This document shows, in pieces, positions 44,831-56,424 of a DNA stretch of 63,724 nt (position 1 is its first letter; each line of letters begins with the position of its first letter). The stretch covers positions 30,634-94,357 of the forward strand of contig NW_008246142.1 of assembly GCF_000281045.1 (NCBI RefSeq), written 5' to 3'. Under the pieces are notes generated by a model that did not search any database, was not told where the DNA came from, and saw only the letters and a program-made list of their open reading frames with translations. This stretch comes from Saprolegnia diclina VS20. Taxonomy: Eukaryota. A program made the position numbers and the translations under genes.

Positions 44831-46753
44831 TTAGAAAAGACAGTCGCCGCCGTCAAAGGCGCACGCCGACGTGTTGCACGCCGTGTCGCAAAAGTAGTCG
44901 GTGATACGACCGTGGCTACAGGCGCTCGCGCAGTCGGTGCCGCAGACGCCGCTTTGTGTCGTTGTATTGCAGTAGAGGGTGTTGGTCATGTCGAGGCGGC
45001 CCCACGCACAGCCATCGCTGCATAGAGATGGAATCGGGTTTCGGTTCAAAAACACCTCGAGCTTGGGGTAGTTCGATCGCGCCGACAGAGGAAACTCCAA
45101 GAGGGCGTTTTGGTCCAGGTACAGCTCGAACAAGCGCGCTGTGATTTTGTCGAGCTCTCGCGGGAGCGCGGTGAGACGGTTGTAGCCGACATCGATCGAG
45201 GAGACGATGGGGAGGTCGCCGATTTCAGGTGGCAGCGTGGTCAAGCCCATCGCAACCAGGCGCAGCGAGAGCAAGTTGGTCCAATTTTGAAACACGGCGC
45301 CCGCTATCGTCATTAGCGGGCACTCAGCCACATACAAAAACCGAAGTGTCGGTGGCGGCGCCGATAGCACCTCGGGCAGCAACGTCAAGTACGGGGCGTG
45401 GCGAAGATGCACAAGCATCGTCGACGGTGGCAGTGCTTTCGATGTCACGGGCCACTCGCGCAGCGCCGTGTGTTCAAGCCAGAGACCATAGAGGTTTGTA
45501 AACTGGGACGTCGTCGTTGCGTTCAAGCCATAAGGGATGTCGCACCGCTGCACATGCAGAAGGAAGAGGTCCGGGCCAAGACGCGCACGTGTAAAATAGG
45601 CGTCGACCGAAGAGCTGTCGGTTATGTGATCGCGGACGCAGTGGAGGCGGACGTAGACGCATCGGCAGTCGTTGGTGAACCATGGCGCGGCCACTTGCTC
45701 GCAGTAGGACGGGCACGCGTCCCGATGAAAGACCGCGAGCGTCGCCACGAGAAGAACGGCGCCACCCCACAAAAGATCAAGAAGAAGCGCCGCGAGCACG
45801 ACATTCTGGTGTTTCTGCTCCCACGTAAAGTGGTCTTTGCTGACTTCCCACGCCACCTTGGCGACTTCGATCGAGATGGAACTGAGATGCGGTACGCCTC
45901 GAAGCCGCATCGAGACAGAGACGTTGCGCATCGACGGGAGCTTCGAGCTGACGCGCGGTCCGTCGACGAGCTTGACCGTGACGGAGAATCGGCGCCGACT
46001 CCAGCTCTTGGTGCGCAGCAGCGGCCGTGGCGTGCTCTTCTTGATGTGACGCAGGCGCGTCAGCACAAGAAAGTTGGTGACGGCCAAGAGCGTCTTGACA
46101 ACCAAGTCCGAGCTCGATGACGTCACGAGCAAGCGCGACGGCGGCACGTTGAGCGCGAGCCAATTAAAGCTGTGGCGCACGTTGTGATTCCCAAAGAACC
46201 TGTACTGCATGATAGGCGCAGCGAAAAACACGAGGGGGAATCCCGCCGTCAAAGCGGTCGACATGACGCAGTCGATGAGCCCAATGAGCTGCAATTTGGA
46301 CTTGGCGCGCTTGAGCAGGAGAAGCCACGACGTACAGAGGCAATTGATTGCGAGCGTGATCGCGTACAAGTAGGCAACCTCGGTCTGCGCGAGCGATCGT
46401 GCCATCTTGTAGGCCAAATGCGTCTCGCAGCCAATGGCAATGAAGTGGTTGAGGCACACTTGAATGTTGTCGGGGACGGGCCACTGAGCTGTCCAGTGCT
46501 CGAACGAGCAGCGCGATGTTGGTCGCATCACGATGGGATCGACGCGAGCGGTTTGGAACGAGCACAAAGGGTAGAGATGCAGGAGCGCGATGACACCAAA
46601 CATGACGCCACTCGGTAACATAGCGTAGCCGTCGAGGGAGACGACCTCCCCGTCGTTGGCGATGAAGTGAAAGATCGAGAGAAAGCCAAAGTAGAGGCAC
46701 GAGATACCATGCAGCAGGCGAAGGAGGCCGCGCCATGCTCGGCTCGGTTGCAT
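44831..46753 (-). CDS. Multi-pass (about 7TM) protein with C-terminal Cys cap, LRRs and LNR/Notch repeat, copy B; intronless
   Basis: Paralogue of copy A: shares CET..AY, NC.CT.WLL, AGFPL, APWFT..C.C, LH.QRC..P.GL and CD..CNT.ACAFDGGDC. Confidence 0.88.
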   Translation of the reverse strand: MQPSRAWRGLLRLLHGISCLYFGFLSIFHFIANDGEVVSLDGYAMLPSGVMFGVIALLHLYPLCSFQTARVDPIVMRPTSRCSFEHWTAQWPVPDNIQVCLNHFIAIGCETHLAYKMARSLAQTEVAYLYAITLAINCLCTSWLLLLKRAKSKLQLIGLIDCVMSTALTAGFPLVFFAAPIMQYRFFGNHNVRHSFNWLALNVPPSRLLVTSSSSDLVVKTLLAVTNFLVLTRLRHIKKSTPRPLLRTKSWSRRRFSVTVKLVDGPRVSSKLPSMRNVSVSMRLRGVPHLSSISIEVAKVAWEVSKDHFTWEQKHQNVVLAALLLDLLWGGAVLLVATLAVFHRDACPSYCEQVAAPWFTNDCRCVYVRLHCVRDHITDSSSVDAYFTRARLGPDLFLLHVQRCDIPYGLNATTTSQFTNLYGLWLEHTALREWPVTSKALPPSTMLVHLRHAPYLTLLPEVLSAPPPTLRFLYVAECPLMTIAGAVFQNWTNLLSLRLVAMGLTTLPPEIGDLPIVSSIDVGYNRLTALPRELDKITARLFELYLDQNALLEFPLSARSNYPKLEVFLNRNPIPSLCSDGCAWGRLDMTNTLYCNTTTQSGVCGTDCASACSHGRITDYFCDTACNTSACAFDGGDCLF

Positions 46754-47991
46754 TTCAATTCAAAGTTAGACGGGTCATACATAGTAGAATGTTGAAACCG
46801 ACGACGTCCTCGTGGTCACGACAGCCATTGCACATGTTGATTTGTCATACCATAGTTGACTCGCAGACGCAGAAATATCCAACAGGTTAGCGCACCGCCT
46901 CGAGCCTTGACTCGAGTACGGTCTCGACAGCATCGCCGCTGATGCGACACATAGTGGCAGCTTCAATCGCATCGCAAAACCGAACTGACGTGTCGTTAAA
47001 GTAGCGTACTCGCAAATCCATCCCTCAGCTGCAGTAGCCCATGCCGACACCAGCATCGCTCGTACCAGTCCATGGATCCGAGTGCACATCGTTGACGTCA
47101 TCGCCACGTACGCCGACAATGACCACCGAGGAAGTGTTTTCATCCGAGACCACGGCTCGCGTGACCTCGTCGATACCGTCAGGAGTTGGTGTAGCTGAGG
47201 CCCTTGGCTTCAAAAGTGGCTTTGCGCTGCATTTTGTGCCGAGCGCATCTACCACCATGAGCATGCTACCATGAATATATATCAGTTTCTTGAGGTCCTC
47301 GAGATTTGCCAGTGACTCATGCTATCGAGGAATGGTGGCCTGCATGTACCCCACGCCGTTGTCGTGACGACATACTTCTGGCAGGTCGTGTACACTTGGT
47401 ATGCGACGACGGTCTTTTGAACGACCTGCGAGCCGGAGTATGTGAACGATTCTTGCGCCCGCTCTGCCCCGCGGCTTGGACGATCCGAGTGCGTTCGTCG
47501 CGGGGTGGTCCTGCCGTTGCATGCGAGCCAGAGCGGGTTGCAGATGCTCTCTCAAAGCACTGTGATAGCCGTCGATGTGTGCAACATAGCAGCTCAGGAC
47601 ACGGATGCGCAGCCCTCCAGATAGCGCTGACACTGCTTGCAAGCTGCAACGTTAGTAGGTGGAGTAAGTGACGAGTGTTCGGGAATGCGTTCCCTTACGG
47701 AATCGTAGTGGTCTTGCTTCTCGCTTTCTAGTTCTAGCAGCCGTAGGTTATGCACGTTATACATGAGACATGGCTAGTCTTATTTCTAACGAGTTGGCGG
47801 AGCGACGACGGAAGAAATGGCGGAAGCCTTAGGAACGAGCGCCACAAGCTCGACCTTGTTGATTTGCACAAGTTGAAGCGCGCGAAAAACCTCTGAAACA
47901 TGATATATCCCGTATCGAAAGACACGGTATTTTAGGATTGGACGAATTTGACTGGTTGATAGTCCTGTTGGAGCAAAAGAGAATCGTATCC

Positions 47992-49671
47992 ATGGTCGCC
48001 ACGCGCCGGTCCTTGCGTCTGTCCCTGGGTGGGACCGAGTCGACGGCGTCGGCCTCGCCGCCTCCGAGGCGCGCGCCCCGCGGCAAGGCTGCGGCTGCCA
48101 CTGACGCGCCGAAGGAAGCCGAGGCCGTCAAGAGCGAGGCCAAGACCGTCAAGAGCGAGGCCAAGGCCACCAAGAAGACGACCAAGAAGGCGGCTGACGA
48201 CGTTGCGCCCAAGGCCCGCGCCACGCGCGGCAAGCGCGTGACCCGCGCATCCTTGTCCAAGTCCGACATTGACGCGCTCGCGCAAGTGGCGCAGGAAGTC
48301 GCCGCGAAGGAAGCCGCGGAGGATGATGCGGCCAAGCAAGGCGCTCCGGTTGAGGTCATCGACATCGTCTCGGAAGACGATGTGACGGTCCTTGAGACGG
48401 CTGCTGATGAAACGAAGCTGGAGGCGCGTCATGAGGCTGTTGTTGCCGACATCTCTGCCAAGGACGAGGCGTCTGCCCAGGAAGAAGAGGTCTCGGCCCA
48501 CGAAGAAGTGGTCTCAGCCGAGGAGACCGAATCCGCCGAAGACTTTGCTGCTGACGGTACTGAGTCGGCTGAAGAAGCGGAAATCGAAGCCGAATCCATC
48601 CAAGACGTAATGTCGGCCGAAGAAGCAACCGCCGACGAGACGACGGCGGACGAGTCGATGGGCGACGAAGCCGACACGGCGGAAGAGGCGACGGAAGCTG
48701 CTATGCAAGAGGAGGTCGTGGACGAAGCGTCGGCGGTCGAGGAAGATGAACACATTGCGATGGCCTCTGCCTCGGACGACGAAGAAGCCGACGAAGAGCA
48801 TATCGCGATGGCGCCGGCTTCGGACGACGACGAGCATATCGCGATGGCGCCGGTCGCAGCCGACGACGCCGCCCCCGACGCTGATATGGAAGAGGATGAC
48901 GACGACGACCTCAATGCACTGGTACGCATTCATGGATTCTTCGCCCACGGATATATCGAACACTCTCGTAGGTGGGCATGGCCATGGCGAGCTTCCAGGC
49001 TCCGCCGCCGCCGACGAATGCTGCGGCGACCGCGACATCCGATGCGCCGCTGGCGCTGGTCTCAAGCACGCTCGAGAGCGGCGTGTCGTATGACAATCTG
49101 TACATGAAGTTCAACGGCCGCAAGTGCGCGCGCGGCGCGGAGCTCGTGCCGGAGCGCAAGCTGACGGAAGAGGTGTCGCAGCTGCAAAAGCAGGCCGCGT
49201 ACAAGGCCAAGATGGACGCGGCCAACTCGGGCGCGCATGAGAAGAAGGTGTCGCAGGACCGTCTCCAATCGAGCCGCAAGTGGTTCAACATGACGTCCAA
49301 CGAGATGACGGACGAAGCAAAGCGCGACATGCAGCTCATCAAAATGCGCAACTACCTCGACCCGAAGCGCTTCTACAAGGTATACATTTGCCTTTGGATC
49401 CCTGGCGCTAACGCAGTGGCGATAGTCGAGCGACCACAAGAAGGGCAACCTCCCCAAAGTGTTCCAGGTCGGCACCGTCATCGAGGGCGCAGCCGAGTAC
49501 AAGTCGAACCGCCTCACGCGCAAGGAGCGCCAGCAGACGTTCACGGAAGAAATCATGCATGACCAAGCGATCCGGTCGTATACGAAGCGCAAGTTTAACG
49601 ACATCCAGGCTGCGCGCGCCAACACGTCCAAGCACAAGAAGCCCTTCAAGAAGGCCAAGCACTACAAGTAA
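47992..49671 (+). CDS. FCF2: Fcf2/DNTTIP2 pre-rRNA processing protein with long acidic low-complexity N-terminus (3 exons)
   Basis: KWFNM..E.KRDMQLIKMRNYLDPKRFYK|...PKVFQVGTVIEG..EY...RLTRKERQQTFTEE..YTKRKF. Confidence 0.9.
48742..48867 (+). repeat. Coding minisatellite: three copies of (D/E)EHIAMA(S/P)xxxDD
   Basis: EDEHIAMASASDD / EEHIAMAPASDD / DEHIAMAPVAADD, with near-identical DNA (gagcatatcgcgatggcgccgg). Confidence 0.85.
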
Positions 49672-50070
49672 ATAGATGATGATAATATGATGAAGACGAT
49701 TAGACCCTGCGTAGTAAGGTGATGCCGTCAAACGTATAGCCAAGTCCACCAAGAGCGTAGCGCTACCGAGGGCCTATAAGTCCTCGAAGATCTTAGAGGT
49801 GTCGTACGTCGTTGGTGCTCTGCTCTGGCAAAGTCGATCCTGTGTTCGAGCACGCTCTCGTGGAAGAGACCGAACCCTGGCTCGGTGCTCGATACATTGA
49901 TATTTGGGAAACAGCGCCACTGTCGATGTACACTATCTAGGTACATCTTGACACATGAGTGCCAAATAGTATAAAACATTGTAAATAGCGTTGATACTAA
50001 ATATAGACTTTATGGGTACACTATTTATGCGCTGTGTTGGTTGGTGGCATCAAGTGAGAAATCAGTTTCG

Positions 50071-50634
50071 ATGAGCAGCAAGGGCGGGAAGGCCAAGGGC
50101 AGTGGCCTCAGCTTGGAGCGCTTCATCCGCGGCAAGGCGCGGCCGACCAACTTCAAGAGCGAGAGCGCGGGCGGGAAGCGGCGCCGCGTTGAGAAGGCTG
50201 TGCTGCTGCGCACGTACCGCAAGGTCAAGGAGCGCGAAGAGGTGCCGGCGAAAGCGGGCGGTGGACCGTCCTTCTATGACAAGGTACAACGCGTCGTTGT
50301 CGTGATGAACGTGGTAGCTCATGGCGTCTAGTTCTTTGCGTCGATGAACGATGGCGACGACGGCGACCGGCCGGCGAAGAAGGCGCCGCGGGACGAGAGC
50401 GACAAGGCGCGCAAGCCCGATCCGCTCTTCAAGGCCAAGCGCAAGGCGCAGGGCGTGCGGGACGAGCGCCAAGCCAAGCGCCAGGCGATCGAAGCCAAGC
50501 TCGAGGAGAAGCAGTCCAAGATCGTCGCGCGCAAGAAGCGCCATGTCAAGCTGAGTCTGCGCACCAAGACGGGCCAGCCTGTGATCAAGCACCAGATGAA
50601 GGATTTGTTGCACAAGCTGCGGCAGTCGTCCTAG
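50071..50634 (+). CDS. Fyv7/TAP26(CCDC59)-like rRNA-processing protein (2 exons)
   Basis: Basic coiled-coil protein ending RTKTGQPVIKHQMKDLLHKL, which matches the family's T..GQP...LL.K C-terminal motif. Confidence 0.75.
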
Positions 50635-50738
50635 TCGTCTCGCATGCAGTCGTCTAACATAACAAGCACAAACAAGTACACAACAACGCACAGTCGTGAG
50701 GTACATAGTATTGGCAAAGCGTAAGACTAGTCGTGTAT

Positions 50739-51071
50739 TTACTTGGCCATCGGGTGGGCGGCAACGTAGTCGATGACCTGGGCCGGCGTCAAGAGGCGCT
50801 CGGCCTCGTTATCCGGGATCTCAATGATAAATTCTTCTTCCATGGCCATGACGACTTCAACGACGTCAAGCGAGTCGAGGCCGAGGTCTTCGACAAACTT
50901 GGCCGTCTCCTGGACCTTGGTGGCCTCGACCTTGTCGAAGTTCTTGATCACGCTGAGGACGCGCTCGCTGACCTCGTTGCGGTCAAGGAAGGTCTGGCTC
51001 GCGAAGAAGCGGCGGGGCGCGCTCTTGGCGGCGACGGACCGGACAAGCGGGGCAGCGAAGCGGGCGAACAT
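50739..51071 (-). CDS. NDUFAB1: Mitochondrial acyl carrier protein
   Basis: Presequence plus DLGLDSLDVVEVVMAMEEEF (phosphopantetheine Ser motif). Confidence 0.96.
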   Translation of the reverse strand: MFARFAAPLVRSVAAKSAPRRFFASQTFLDRNEVSERVLSVIKNFDKVEATKVQETAKFVEDLGLDSLDVVEVVMAMEEEFIIEIPDNEAERLLTPAQVIDYVAAHPMAK

Positions 51072-51902
51072 ATCTGCGGTTCTTGACTAAAAGACAAAAC
51101 TGACCGCTGCTGGCCACCCACGCGTAGGCTGTTGCACCCCACACGGTAGCGCATACAAATCGCCAGCTTAAACGCAGCTTTTAATACCTCTGCAAAAATA
51201 ATAGATTGGAATATATTTTTTCAGAGGTTTTCCGTCGACCTTCCCACCGCGTTGCAGCGTGCGGCAAACCTCCAAGAACGAATGAAGTTCATTTGCGTTC
51301 GATTACGCTGCGAGGTGCTCTCGCAAGTGCGATACCAGCCACGTACTTAGTACGCGCTGCGATCTTCACGTGAAGAATGTGGGAAATGAAAGGGTCAACG
51401 AATGTTCCAGCCGAACAAAAGCCACGACACTGCCGTTGACGCACAGAGCGTGACCAAGATGGAGAAGCATTGCCCATTGCCTCCGACAAGACGGAGATGA
51501 TGCCACCGCCCAGATGCAACCGGAGACGCTTCAAGAATTCCTGCAGCCGTGCACTTGCATTTAACGAGACACGTATCGCCTATACTATGTGGCGTTGGGG
51601 ATGCGCAACATCCGCTGCCAACTCGTTGATGTACCTTGCGAAGCGTGCCATGACAGAGAAGGTCGTTTCGCGATGTTTCGAGCGACACGGCGGGCAAATG
51701 GCGTTTCTCACCGTGGTTTATGTGCTTTATGCGTGGGAAATGTTCAGATGCGAGAGGGAGTCGCACTTGAGCGGGCGACTGTTCAGTTGGCGGAGGGCCG
51801 CCAGCTCGGGCGAAAAGACAGGGCCGCAGGGTGGTCCTTGACTGCGAATTTGTATGTCGTCGCCATTCCCGCATTTCCCACCGGAGCAGCAACACCGAGA
51901 CC

Positions 51903-52751
51903 ATGGCGGCGCCGTTGTACAAGGACATTAGCAAGAAGGCCGAGAACGTCCTCGGCGACGACTACGACTACAGCCGCAAGCTCAAGATCAAGACCAAGAC
52001 GGCCAACGGCGTGACCTTCACGACCGAAGGCGCCATGGCCGCCAACAAGTCGATCCTGGCCAAGGTCGGCGCCAGCTTCCGCGTGCCCCAGGTCGGCGGC
52101 TTGACGATTAGCAAGCTCCAGGCCACGACGGCCGGCCGCGTCCTTGTCGAGGGTGACATTGCCAACGCGATTGTCGACAACCTCAAGGTCTCGTTCAAGC
52201 TCGAGGACGGCTCGCGCAAGACGAACGCCAAGCAGGTTGGCAAGCTCGGCCTTGAGTACAAGCAGGCCGCCTTCACGACCAACGTCGAGGCCGACATCAC
52301 GGGCAAGAACGTGACGGGTGCGGCCGTCTCGGTCATCAGCGGCGTCACCATTGGTGCCCACGGTGCGTTCAACGTCGAGAAGTCGGCGGTCTCGGACTTT
52401 GGCGGTGCCCTCGCCTTCAGCGGCGCCGACTACCAGGTGTCGGTTGCCTCGAAGAAGAGCTTGAAGACGGTCGCGGCCAACTTCTACCACAAGCCCTGCT
52501 CGTCGACAATCTACGCTGCGTCGATCGACTACGACGTTCAGACGGCGGCCAACGCGGTCACGCTCGGTGGTCGCTACACGGCCAACGCCGAGACGACGTA
52601 CGCCGGCAAGATCAACTCGGACGGCTTTGTCTCGCTTGCGTGCATCCAGAAGGTCACGCCGTTCCTCTCGTTGACGACGTCGGCCCACATTGACGCCAAG
52701 CACTTCGAGGGCGATGCCCACAAGTTTGGCCTTGGCTTGACCATCGGCTAA
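51903..52751 (+). CDS. VDAC: Voltage-dependent anion channel (mitochondrial porin)
   Basis: N-terminal PLYKDISKKA helix, KTKTANGVTFT, amphipathic beta strands, GKINSDG and HKFGLGLTIG. 282 aa. Confidence 0.95.
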   Translation: MAAPLYKDISKKAENVLGDDYDYSRKLKIKTKTANGVTFTTEGAMAANKSILAKVGASFRVPQVGGLTISKLQATTAGRVLVEGDIANAIVDNLKVSFKLEDGSRKTNAKQVGKLGLEYKQAAFTTNVEADITGKNVTGAAVSVISGVTIGAHGAFNVEKSAVSDFGGALAFSGADYQVSVASKKSLKTVAANFYHKPCSSTIYAASIDYDVQTAANAVTLGGRYTANAETTYAGKINSDGFVSLACIQKVTPFLSLTTSAHIDAKHFEGDAHKFGLGLTIG

Positions 52752-52828
52752 ATCGTCATTCGACTAGAACACGCCCAGTAGTATATTGTGTACGGTGACC
52801 AAGCTATTATAATTCTGTCGTATCCACA

Positions 52829-54152
52829 CTACGCATCCCTGGCCGTGCGCAGCGCCGTGGACGAAATGTCATTGCGGAACGACGTCTCGGGCATTGGCAC
52901 AAACAGCGACTGGAACGGGGCGGGCACCTGCGACACGACAGTCTCGGCGGCCACGAAGGCGTCGCCGACCTGTCGACCAGCGACCACAAATGAGCACCCG
53001 AGCGACGATATGCGGGCGAGCGCGGCCCACAGCGCTTCCTGGCTCTGGTCGTAGTACCTGAGGTCGAGGAGACGTACGGCCGTGTCGGCGCCAATGACAA
53101 ACGCGCACGAAGGGAAGAGCGCTGCTTTCTCGAGGAAGAGCGACGCATTCGTGAGCACGACTGCCGCGTGATGCTCCGACACAATCGCCTGGACGCGGGC
53201 CTGGAGCGCGTCCCCGCCGACGCTTCCCTTGTCGGCGTTGCGCACCGAGAGCTCGTACAGAATGCGGCGTGGCGGCTCGCCCGAAGCGGCAGCCAGCGCA
53301 GCCTGCGCCGTCGCCGCCATTTGCGTGTGGCCCACATGCATCGGGTTGAAGGAGCCTGGCACGACGAGCATGCGGCGCCATGGCATGTCCCGTAGGATCG
53401 TCGCCGGCGGCAAGTACGCGACGGTCTCGTGCGGGCCGGTCGGCAGCTGCAAGCCGGACGTCGTCAGCGTGGCGATGGGCGCGTCCTCCACGAGCGAGTC
53501 GCCCGTGTGCGACGTGCAGAGCTCGCGCAGGGACGCTTGCAGCGCCATGTCAACGTTGGCGGCTTTGGCCAGCGCCAGCACGACAAGGTGCCCGACGCAC
53601 TCGTCTTCCTACGCGTTGACGTCCGAGACAGGACTAGGTTTGCAGCAGTACCTCCTTGCGCGTGCGCGCGCCCTTCTCCATCTCGAGCTTGAAGTGATGG
53701 ATGGCGTCGACCGTGTGAAGTGAGAGAAAGGCGCGGTGCGAGCCCCGGCGCGGCTCGGACGACACCAAGGCGGCCGTGCACCCAATGCCTGCGAAACGAT
53801 CGTGAGCCACAGATTGTCAAGAGACGACGATTGCACCGATGCATGCGGCCGCATCGTCGAGGGGCACGAGCCGCCGCCCGCGTTCGAGCGCCTTCTTGCC
53901 CATGAGCGTCGCCACGTCTTTGCTCGAGAAGCCGAGCGTCTCGAGCTGCGTGCCAGGCACTTGCAGGAAGTCGGCCATGCTCTCACGATGATAGGGCACG
54001 AGCACTTCGAGGAGCGTGGACGACGCGCCGCAGGTGCCGAGGATCTCACCGACGGCGCTGCCACCGCCGCCCGAGACGCTTACGACGCACTGGACGCGCT
54101 TGGACGTATAGATCTGCTGGAGCGCCGCCCGGACCGTCGCTGCGGCTGCCAT
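52829..54152 (-). CDS. CinA-like N-terminal domain + cytidylyltransferase/NMNAT-like nucleotidyltransferase (multi-exon)
   Basis: VSGGGG..GASSTLLEV.VPY, PGSFNPMHVGH (HxGH), ELSVRNADK, FLEKA.LFP, FVIGADT..R and DISSTALR. Confidence 0.85.
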
Positions 54153-54521
54153 GGTGCTCGCAATTTAATTCCGTATTTTGCCCAATCAAATGCAGTCATC
54201 GACTTCAAGTTGCAAATGCGTCAGAACGGGCGCCGTGAGCCCGCCCGGGTGCATGCCTTGTAGCGCAGAGCTGCAAGGCCAAGGATACAACCTCCATCAC
54301 CTTGATGTACCTTCATTTGCCCTGGCGGTCCAGGCTAGGCGCGAGAGCTTAGTTCTCGGGCTAGAGTAACTGATGATGGTCGCTCGTTGCCCAACATTCG
54401 CGCCTTCCATGGCCTATGAGGTGGCGCCAGCGAACTCTGCGGCTTCGCATCGAGCTCGGTGTCCATCAAAAGCCTCGTTGCTGACCGACTTGGTCACGGG
54501 AGATCACAAGATTATAGTGTG

Positions 54522-54987
54522 ATGGGGGCAGACCACTCGACGCCACCGCCGACCAAGCAGCGCCGCGTCGCCATCCTCGGCCCGTCGGGCGCCGGCAAGA
54601 CGACGCTCCTTCTCCAATGGGCCCACCACGCTACGGGACCGACGCTACCGACTGTCGGGTTCAATGTCGAGACCGTTGCCTTCGAGGACACCCGCTTCAC
54701 GATGTGGGACATTCCAGGCCAAGTCGCTTTGCAGCCGTGCTGGCCGCAGTACTGCAGCAGTGTTGACGCAGTGGTCTTTGTCGTGGACGCGACCGACCGC
54801 AGTAGCCTTGGTGCAGCGAGGGATGCACTGCATGCGGCGTTTGCCGTCGCCCGCCCGTCTCGCTGTCTCCTCGTGGCCAACAAGATGGACCAGCCCGACT
54901 GCGTCGATGCGTTAGAGCTGCTTGCGGTGCTTCGACCTGGCGATGTCTTTGGCATTTCCTGGAGTTATTGCGCGGTCAGTGCGACGC
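54522..54987 (+). CDS. Divergent ARF/ARL GTPase, paralogue 1 (3' end in gap)
   Basis: MG start, GPSGAGKTT, PTVGFNVE, WDIPGQ, VVFVVD, ANKMD and SA. Confidence 0.8.
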
Positions 54988-55222
54988 NNNNNNNNNNNNN
55001 NNNNNNNNNNNNNNNNNNNNNNNNNNNNNNNNNNNNNNNNNNNNNNNNNNNNNNNNNNNNNNNNNNNNNNNNNNNNNNNNNNNNNNNNNNNNNNNNNNNN
55101 NNNNNNNNNNNNNNNNNNNNNNNNNNNNNNNNNNNNNNNNNNNNNNNNNNNNNNNNNNNNNNNNNNNNNNNNNNNNNNNNNNNNNNNNNNNNNNNNNNNN
55201 NNNNNNNNNNNNNNNNNNNNNN
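54988..55222. other. Assembly gap (N run)
   Basis: Run of N. Confidence 0.95.
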
Positions 55223-55872
55223 TATATATGTTTTGCAGCTTCGAAATGGAAGTGGCAAGCACGACGTGAAGCGACACTTGCATTCTCGACACTGTGCTCC
55301 GAGATCTCCGCTTCGATTCAGCCGACGAGGTACCGGCAGCGACCGAGGTTTTTCGCAGAGAAGAAGAAGGCCGGGTGCGTGGAACGTGGCTGCTCATTAG
55401 GTGCTCCGTGCACCGTACAACCTGCTCCACGCGCAGGATACCAAGACCCCATGAACCCCCGATCCCATAGCCTGGACGGTCCGCCACTGTGCAATTTCGT
55501 GGGTACCATATTGCTCTTGTTGCATCCAAAAAAGGTACTCGACTGCCCGAGTACTGTGTTCGAAGACGGTGAATTCATCGCTGACGAGAAGCTCTGAGAA
55601 GATGCCATGCTTCAGGTGGCGGTTGTGCGTCGAGTATCTGGCGATGTGGGCGCTTGACGACGGGTGTGTCAGCGATCTTTGAGGTGGGCGTATATGATTG
55701 GCCGAAAGAAGCAGCCAATCCATGACACGGCATTTCGACACGGCGGTCGATGATTGGGTCCACGGCGCAGCGTGGTGGAGGCGTTGGATTGGTGCTTGCT
55801 GAGCATGGCGCCAAGGGAAAGGCCGGCGGCGATCGTCAGAGACCAAAAACTATCAAGTAGCAAGAGCATATC

Positions 55873-56424
55873 ATGGGCAACCTTTACGCCAAGCTGCGCG
55901 ACGTCCTGGATCGCTTCTCGGGGACGAAGCGCCGCATCATCATGCTCGGGCTCGACGCGGCGGGCAAGACCACAATTCTGTATCGCCTCAAGCTCAACGA
56001 GACCATGCACACACTGCCGACGATTGGCTTTAACGTCGAGACGTTCAGCTACAAGAACGTCGAGTTTACCGCGTGGGACATTGGCGGCCAAGACAAGCTG
56101 CGCGCGCTTTGGAAGTACTATTACCAGAACACAGACGCCATCATTTTCGTTGTCGACGCCACCGACCGCCATCGGATCGATATTGCCGCCCACGAGCTCG
56201 CGCGCTTGCTGCAAGAAGACGAGCTTTGCTATGCAAAGCTACTCGTGTTTGCCAACAAGCAAGACTTGCCGGGCGCCATGTCGGCCGGGGACGTTGCCCG
56301 CCACTTGAAGCTGGACCAAGTGACCAAGAACCCGACGCTCGTACAGCCGTGCTCGGCTGTAGGCGGCACGGGGCTCTACGAAGGCCTCGACTGGCTCAGC
56401 AAGGTGCTGACCGAGCGCCACTAG
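55873..56424 (+). CDS. ADP-ribosylation factor family GTPase, paralogue 2 (canonical motifs)
   Basis: [37 protein letters not shown] and GLYEGLDWL. Confidence 0.95.
   Translation: MGNLYAKLRDVLDRFSGTKRRIIMLGLDAAGKTTILYRLKLNETMHTLPTIGFNVETFSYKNVEFTAWDIGGQDKLRALWKYYYQNTDAIIFVVDATDRHRIDIAAHELARLLQEDELCYAKLLVFANKQDLPGAMSAGDVARHLKLDQVTKNPTLVQPCSAVGGTGLYEGLDWLSKVLTERH

Noticed and set aside
46780..47700. Possible decayed ankyrin-like fragments on the minus strand
   Set aside because: Only vague resemblance across several frames; cannot be supported without a search.
49676..49730. ATGATGA C-box-like motifs after Fcf2
   Set aside because: No matching CTGA D box or terminal stem nearby, so it is not called a snoRNA.
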